This document shows positions 59,983 to 64,000 of a DNA stretch of 64,000 nt, in pieces. The stretch spans positions 448,001 to 512,000 of the forward strand of contig JBFWWG010000001.1 of assembly GCA_050246315.1 (NCBI GenBank), read 5' to 3'. The stretch is from Nitrospiraceae bacterium. GTDB lineage: Bacteria; Nitrospirota; Nitrospiria; Nitrospirales; Nitrospiraceae. Below the pieces are notes generated by a model. The model did no database searches. It worked only from the letters and a program-made list of their open reading frames with translations, and had not been told where the DNA came from. The number at the start of each line of letters is the position of its first letter. The stretch's first letter is position 1. The translations under genes were made by a program, and so were the position numbers.

Positions 59983-60494
59983 TTTGTCTGCTTTTCGAAC
60001 GACTCGGAAGCTGCTCGGAAGTCCAGCGCTTCCGAGTCGAGTCCGGGCATCGGCTGCTCGTCGAAGGTCTCGCTCCGCCCGAAACGGCGAAGCTCCTCGA
60101 CGAGCTCGCGATCCGCGCGGCGGTTGGTCGACCCCACGCGGACGTACACCCCGGCCTCGCGCCCCTCGCGCTTCAGGTGGTGCGGGCGCGCCGGACTCGG
60201 GTGTACCTGCACGGCGACGACCTGCGTACGCCGCCACGGGAGAATCTCGATCTCCGGCACGAGCCGCGGGGCCACGTGGTCGCTGACGAGGTTCGCCAGT
60301 CGCTCCTCCAGATCGAGCGGCTCGCGGATACCCCGCACATGGCCGGTTCTGTCTTCCACGCCCAGCAGCACGATCCCGCCGGCGGTGTTCGCTAAGGCGA
60401 CGACGGTCTTGAGCAGCCCGTCGGGGCCGGAGAGCTCGCGCTTGAACTCCAGCGTCTTGCCTTCCGGGCGCTTGAGCAGGTCGACCAAGTTCAT
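59946..60494 (-). pseudogene. AlbA_2/Schlafen-like domain protein, C-terminally truncated by element A2 (cassette)
   Basis: EGKTLEFKR, VVALANTAGG.VLLGVED, YVRVGSTNR, FDEQP; the ORF runs into the TIR. Confidence 0.82.
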
Positions 60495-60631
60495 CGCGCT
60501 AGGAAGCCTACTCGGAAGCTCCTGGGCACGTCAAGCTTCCGAGCTCAGAACCCCTCCGAGGCCGGCCGGCAAAGTACAGACGGGCGACGCGGTAACGTCC
60601 GTCCGCCCGGCACGGACCGTGGACGTGGGGC

Positions 60632-60704
60632 GTCTAACGGCTAGGTTTCAGCCACGGAGGCTCATGACCGGACCGGCCGCCGACGGCTGCAAACCCTGTT
60701 AGGC
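60632..60704 (-). repeat. Intact attC site (73 bp)
   Basis: Minus strand GCCTAAC-AGGGT-TTGCAGCC...GGCTGAA-ACCTAGCC-GTTAGAC with an extrahelical base in L''. Confidence 0.9.
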
Positions 60705-60736
60705 ACCGCGCGAATCAGTCGGTGCGCAAAGCCCAA

Positions 60737-61228
60737 CTACTTTCGGGCGCTGATGCCGTCCGCCGCGTCCATCTTTGGTTTGAGCTCGTTCAGATTCGCT
60801 CTCGCGAACGTGACATTAGCCGACGAGGCAATGATGTTTGGACCCGTCGGGGCCCCCTGCGCCACCATCAGCGCCATTCGCAGCGCCGGTACACCGACGA
60901 GGTAATCCTGTGCCGTCAGACCGTTCTCCTTGAGGATGGCCATTGCCTTTGGATCCTTCTCTACTTGCGCGCGACGTTCAGCGGGGGTCATCTTCATCGA
61001 CTTGGCCACCCGATCCTGAAAGTCCGGTAGGGACACCAGATATTTCGTCATCGCCTCCAGCGCTGAGATGAGCTGGTTGGCGCGCGGCAGCGTGAGCTTG
61101 TAGTTGAGGATTTCCTGGCGGCCGTCGGACGAATCTTTGGAGCCCTGCCCTCCAGCCACGTCGGTCGCGAGCCCAAGGGACATGACGACAAGGGACATGA
61201 CGACGAGAAGAACTACCGTGCGGAGCAT
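60737..61228 (-). CDS. Exported hypothetical protein (cassette)
   Basis: Signal peptide, AGGAGG RBS, flanked by attC sites with complementary R boxes. Confidence 0.8.
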   Translation of the reverse strand: MLRTVVLLVVMSLVVMSLGLATDVAGGQGSKDSSDGRQEILNYKLTLPRANQLISALEAMTKYLVSLPDFQDRVAKSMKMTPAERRAQVEKDPKAMAILKENGLTAQDYLVGVPALRMALMVAQGAPTGPNIIASSANVTFARANLNELKPKMDAADGISARK

Positions 61229-61323
61229 GAATCCCTCCTCTGCTTCTGGTCCTGCAATATACCGTCAACGCCGGGCGCCCGACTTCGAAGATCCGTAGCG
61301 ACGTTCCGGTTGCTCGTTCAGGT

Positions 61324-61382
61324 GCCTAACGTTGGAGCTAACCGGCCTGCCGCTGCGGGTCCGGTTGAGCGACTGGTTAGGC
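61324..61382 (-). repeat. Intact attC site (59 bp)
   Basis: Minus strand GCCTAAC-CAGTC-GCTCAACCGG...CCGGTTAGC-TCCAAC-GTTAGGC; extra C in L''. Confidence 0.92.
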
Positions 61383-61466
61383 GACCTCGTGTCACTCAGC
61401 GTTGTCTATTTCGTGACAACGCGTGCGCTCGCTGGCTGCAGGGTTGGCGAAGTTGCACAACCCATC

Positions 61467-64000
61467 TCAACCGCAACACTCGTCATCCCCCTTCATCTCG
61501 ACATCAATCGCGACTCGGCGAACACGAACACTCTTGACCTTGTCGCCGGGCAGGTCCAGACACTCGAGAAGCCGGCTGGCTCTGTCGCGGCACTGCGCCT
61601 TCTTGTCTTCAGGCGTCCGGTCGTTGAACGGCATCTCGAGGTCCGGATCGATTCGGTACGTCATGCCACCGATGACCGCGGTATCGGCGGTCGCGGTGAC
61701 GACGATGTCGCGCTCGGCTGCGGCCGCGACGTCAGCCTTCGTGAATGGCGCGCCCGCGTGGACATCAAAGGTGACGAGTCGTTGCTCGCGGGCCTTCAGG
61801 CGGGCGCCGCCTTCAGGCAAGGTCTGCAGACCGATCCGCCATCCTCGCCGCGCCAACATTGCAGGAAGAACGATAGACACCTCAATCTTCGCGGCTGTCC
61901 GACCAGGATTGCCCACCCAGAAGCCCTTGCCGTGGAGTCCCGCCATGAGACCCGCCAGTCCGCCGCCACCCGGAACGAGCGTGACATTCCGCTGACCGAC
62001 GTTGTTGTCGTTCGGCACGAGGCGCCAGTCCTCGACGACTTCGCCCGCCGTGAAGTTGTCGACGTTGCTTGGATCGCCTGTCGCCGACACGATCATCAGC
62101 ATGCAGTCATGCCCCCAGGCGTTCGTGACGGGGGTCCACTCGAACGGGCCGACGGTCTTCTCTTCGCCGTCGTTGGGCTGCAGCGTTCCGGCTGAGAGTT
62201 GGGCGGTCGTCATGGGTTGCAGGTCGTTGGGCCAGAGCACCCCTGCGGAAGGCTTGCAGTGGTAGCCCTTCACGACCACGTTGTTGGCGACGGACGTGCC
62301 ACGATTCTTGATCTTCACGTAGGCGTAGTTGGTGGCGGGGTCCCCTCCCGCATCGAGCAGCGCCGGTTCTTCGTGGCCCGCCAAGCCGTCGGGGTTACGG
62401 CGGTTCCAGATCGTCGTCGTTGCCCAATGGACCGGCAGATACTGGTACTCGCCCGCCCGGCTATCGTCGATGTAGACATCGACGCTGGGCGGTGCGCCGC
62501 CGTTGAGATTCTGTTTTTCAAATGCCCACGTGAGCACCTTGCCGTAGGCGCCTCCAAAAACCCCTTCCGAGGTCCAGTTGCCGGCGTCCGCGGTAATGAG
62601 CGCACTGAGAAAACCAGCGGCCGTCTTGGCGGTGCCGCCGACGCCCAAGCTGGCCGGGGTCATGCTGCCGACGGCTCGCAACAGCAGATAGGCCATGCAG
62701 CGCGCGGCGAATTCGCGCCGGACGACACTGTTCGAGTCGCCACCGATGGATCGGTAGGCACGGAACATCGTCGTGGAGAGAATTTGCTCGCTGAGGTAGC
62801 TGCCGAGATCGGCCGTGCCACCCCACGCCCACTTGCCGATGGTTGCCGTCCCGGAAGCGCCAGTCCCTCCGCCGCCCGTAATCGTCACCGTCGGCGCTCC
62901 GGTAAAGCCTGTGCCGTGGTAAGTGACCATCAGGAAGGTAACTGCCCCTCCGGAGACAAATGCGAGCGCTTTCGCACCCGAGCCGCCGCCTCCGCTGATG
63001 GTGACCGTGGGTGCACTTGCGTAGCCGGAGCCTCCACTCGTCAGAGTCAGGGCAATCACTCCGGAATCCGAAGGCGCCCGGTCTGATCGTCTTTCGAAGT
63101 AGGTGACGAAGGGCGCAAGGACAAAGCGGTCAATCGTGGCCGCATCGTGCCACTTGGACACGTAGTCATTGAGAATCATGGCGAAGCTGTCACCGGCGCT
63201 GTGCGCGAAACCGAAATTGGGGCCTCCGACATGGTCGTAGAGGATCCCGTGGCCGCCCAGTTCGTGAAGGACCACGCGCCAGTCTGTTGAAATGCCGATC
63301 GGGTTGGCGGTGTCGCCCTCGTCCGCAAGCGCATAGCACGTGTGATCGATGCCGTCGCCGTCGCCGATACAATGGCCATTGACGACGTTTCCAAGGGCGC
63401 GATGATCGACTTCAACCGGGAACGCCGTACCGTTGAAGTACCCCCCAGCGCCGGTCAGCGAAAACCCGAGGTCGGCCACCAGCCGAAAGAATCGGTCGGT
63501 GTGGTAATAGGCGTTGACTGCCGAAAACTGGTTGGTCCGCACATCCCAGATGTCGAAATCACTACCCGCAGGCCGTGTGGGGGCACCGACGGTCGGGGTC
63601 TCGATCTCGGTCAGGGTCGCCCAGGTGCCCTGAAGTGATTGGGTGGAGGGCGTTCCCGTGGGCGGATTCAGGTTGGCAAGCGGCTCGTTATCTCGATGCG
63701 GGTTCAGCACGGCGTTGCTTTTGTCCGCCGTATTGGTTGCCGTGCCACTGCTCGTGATCGGATCGTAGGTGAAGACCAGCCCGTTGATGCCCGAAGTGAG
63801 GGCCCGCAGATAGAGGATCGTGTTGGTCTCGACCTCAACGAGCACTCGCCAGTTCATCCGATGGCCGTTATATGGCAGGCGGAAAATGAGCTCGGCGACG
63901 AGGTACCAGCCTCCGTCGCGGATTGACTTGGGTACAGGCGGGAGCGGCAGCGTCGGCGGCGTGCCGCAGAGTGGCTGATCGACCGAATGCGGGTGGTCCT
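61467..64000 (-). CDS. Large M4/M36-like metallopeptidase (N-terminus outside window)
   Basis: Frame open to the window edge; [24 protein letters not shown]-terminal beta domain ending [10 protein letters not shown]. Confidence 0.72.
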   Translation of the reverse strand, partial: DHPHSVDQPLCGTPPTLPLPPVPKSIRDGGWYLVAELIFRLPYNGHRMNWRVLVEVETNTILYLRALTSGINGLVFTYDPITSSGTATNTADKSNAVLNPHRDNEPLANLNPPTGTPSTQSLQGTWATLTEIETPTVGAPTRPAGSDFDIWDVRTNQFSAVNAYYHTDRFFRLVADLGFSLTGAGGYFNGTAFPVEVDHRALGNVVNGHCIGDGDGIDHTCYALADEGDTANPIGISTDWRVVLHELGGHGILYDHVGGPNFGFAHSAGDSFAMILNDYVSKWHDAATIDRFVLAPFVTYFERRSDRAPSDSGVIALTLTSGGSGYASAPTVTISGGGGSGAKALAFVSGGAVTFLMVTYHGTGFTGAPTVTITGGGGTGASGTATIGKWAWGGTADLGSYLSEQILSTTMFRAYRSIGGDSNSVVRREFAARCMAYLLLRAVGSMTPASLGVGGTAKTAAGFLSALITADAGNWTSEGVFGGAYGKVLTWAFEKQNLNGGAPPSVDVYIDDSRAGEYQYLPVHWATTTIWNRRNPDGLAGHEEPALLDAGGDPATNYAYVKIKNRGTSVANNVVVKGYHCKPSAGVLWPNDLQPMTTAQLSAGTLQPNDGEEKTVGPFEWTPVTNAWGHDCMLMIVSATGDPSNVDNFTAGEVVEDWRLVPNDNNVGQRNVTLVPGGGGLAGLMAGLHGKGFWVGNPGRTAAKIEVSIVLPAMLARRGWRIGLQTLPEGGARLKAREQRLVTFDVHAGAPFTKADVAAAAERDIVVTATADTAVIGGMTYRIDPDLEMPFNDRTPEDKKAQCRDRASRLLECLDLPGDKVKSVRVRRVAIDVEMKGDDECCG

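Noticed and set aside
61177..61206. 15-bp in-frame tandem duplication (VVMSL x2) in a signal peptide
   Set aside because: Simple slippage event with no evident functional significance.
53000..64000. Integron integrase intI
   Set aside because: No tyrosine-recombinase motifs in any ORF in the window.

Overview
A 64 kb bacterial chromosome segment of about 60% GC by eye. Gene content and order look Nitrospira-like (inference, not verified). (1) 1-3 kb: a nested stack of insertion sequences, with an IS481 interrupted by an IS256 and an IS630. (2) 3-53 kb: mostly housekeeping genes (leuCD, xth, murJ, ogt, dtd, mtgA, engB, two PPIases, mfd, rfaE2, gmhA, SPFH/NfeD). This stretch also holds two tandem Ig + beta-propeller lipoprotein paralogs flanking a very GC-rich, hairpin-dense non-coding element, and an orphan CARF/HEPN-like protein whose sensor and nuclease motifs both appear degenerate. 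(3) 53-64 kb: a minus-strand integron gene-cassette array with no integrase in the window. It has about 8 attC sites ranging from intact to decayed, and cassettes including Mrr, a truncated AlbA/Schlafen-like protein, methyltransferases, GNAT, CMD/AhpD, a nitroreductase and an atypical metallopeptidase. The array is invaded by dead REP-associated tyrosine transposase (RAYT/TnpA-REP) mini-elements with GGGTCA-tipped inverted repeats. One composite block of these splits an attC site, and most of their ends are flanked by scrambled micro-duplications. The RAYT-attC interplay is the most novel-looking signal. No rRNA, tRNA or CRISPR array was seen. All family assignments come from motif recognition by eye; no database searches were run.
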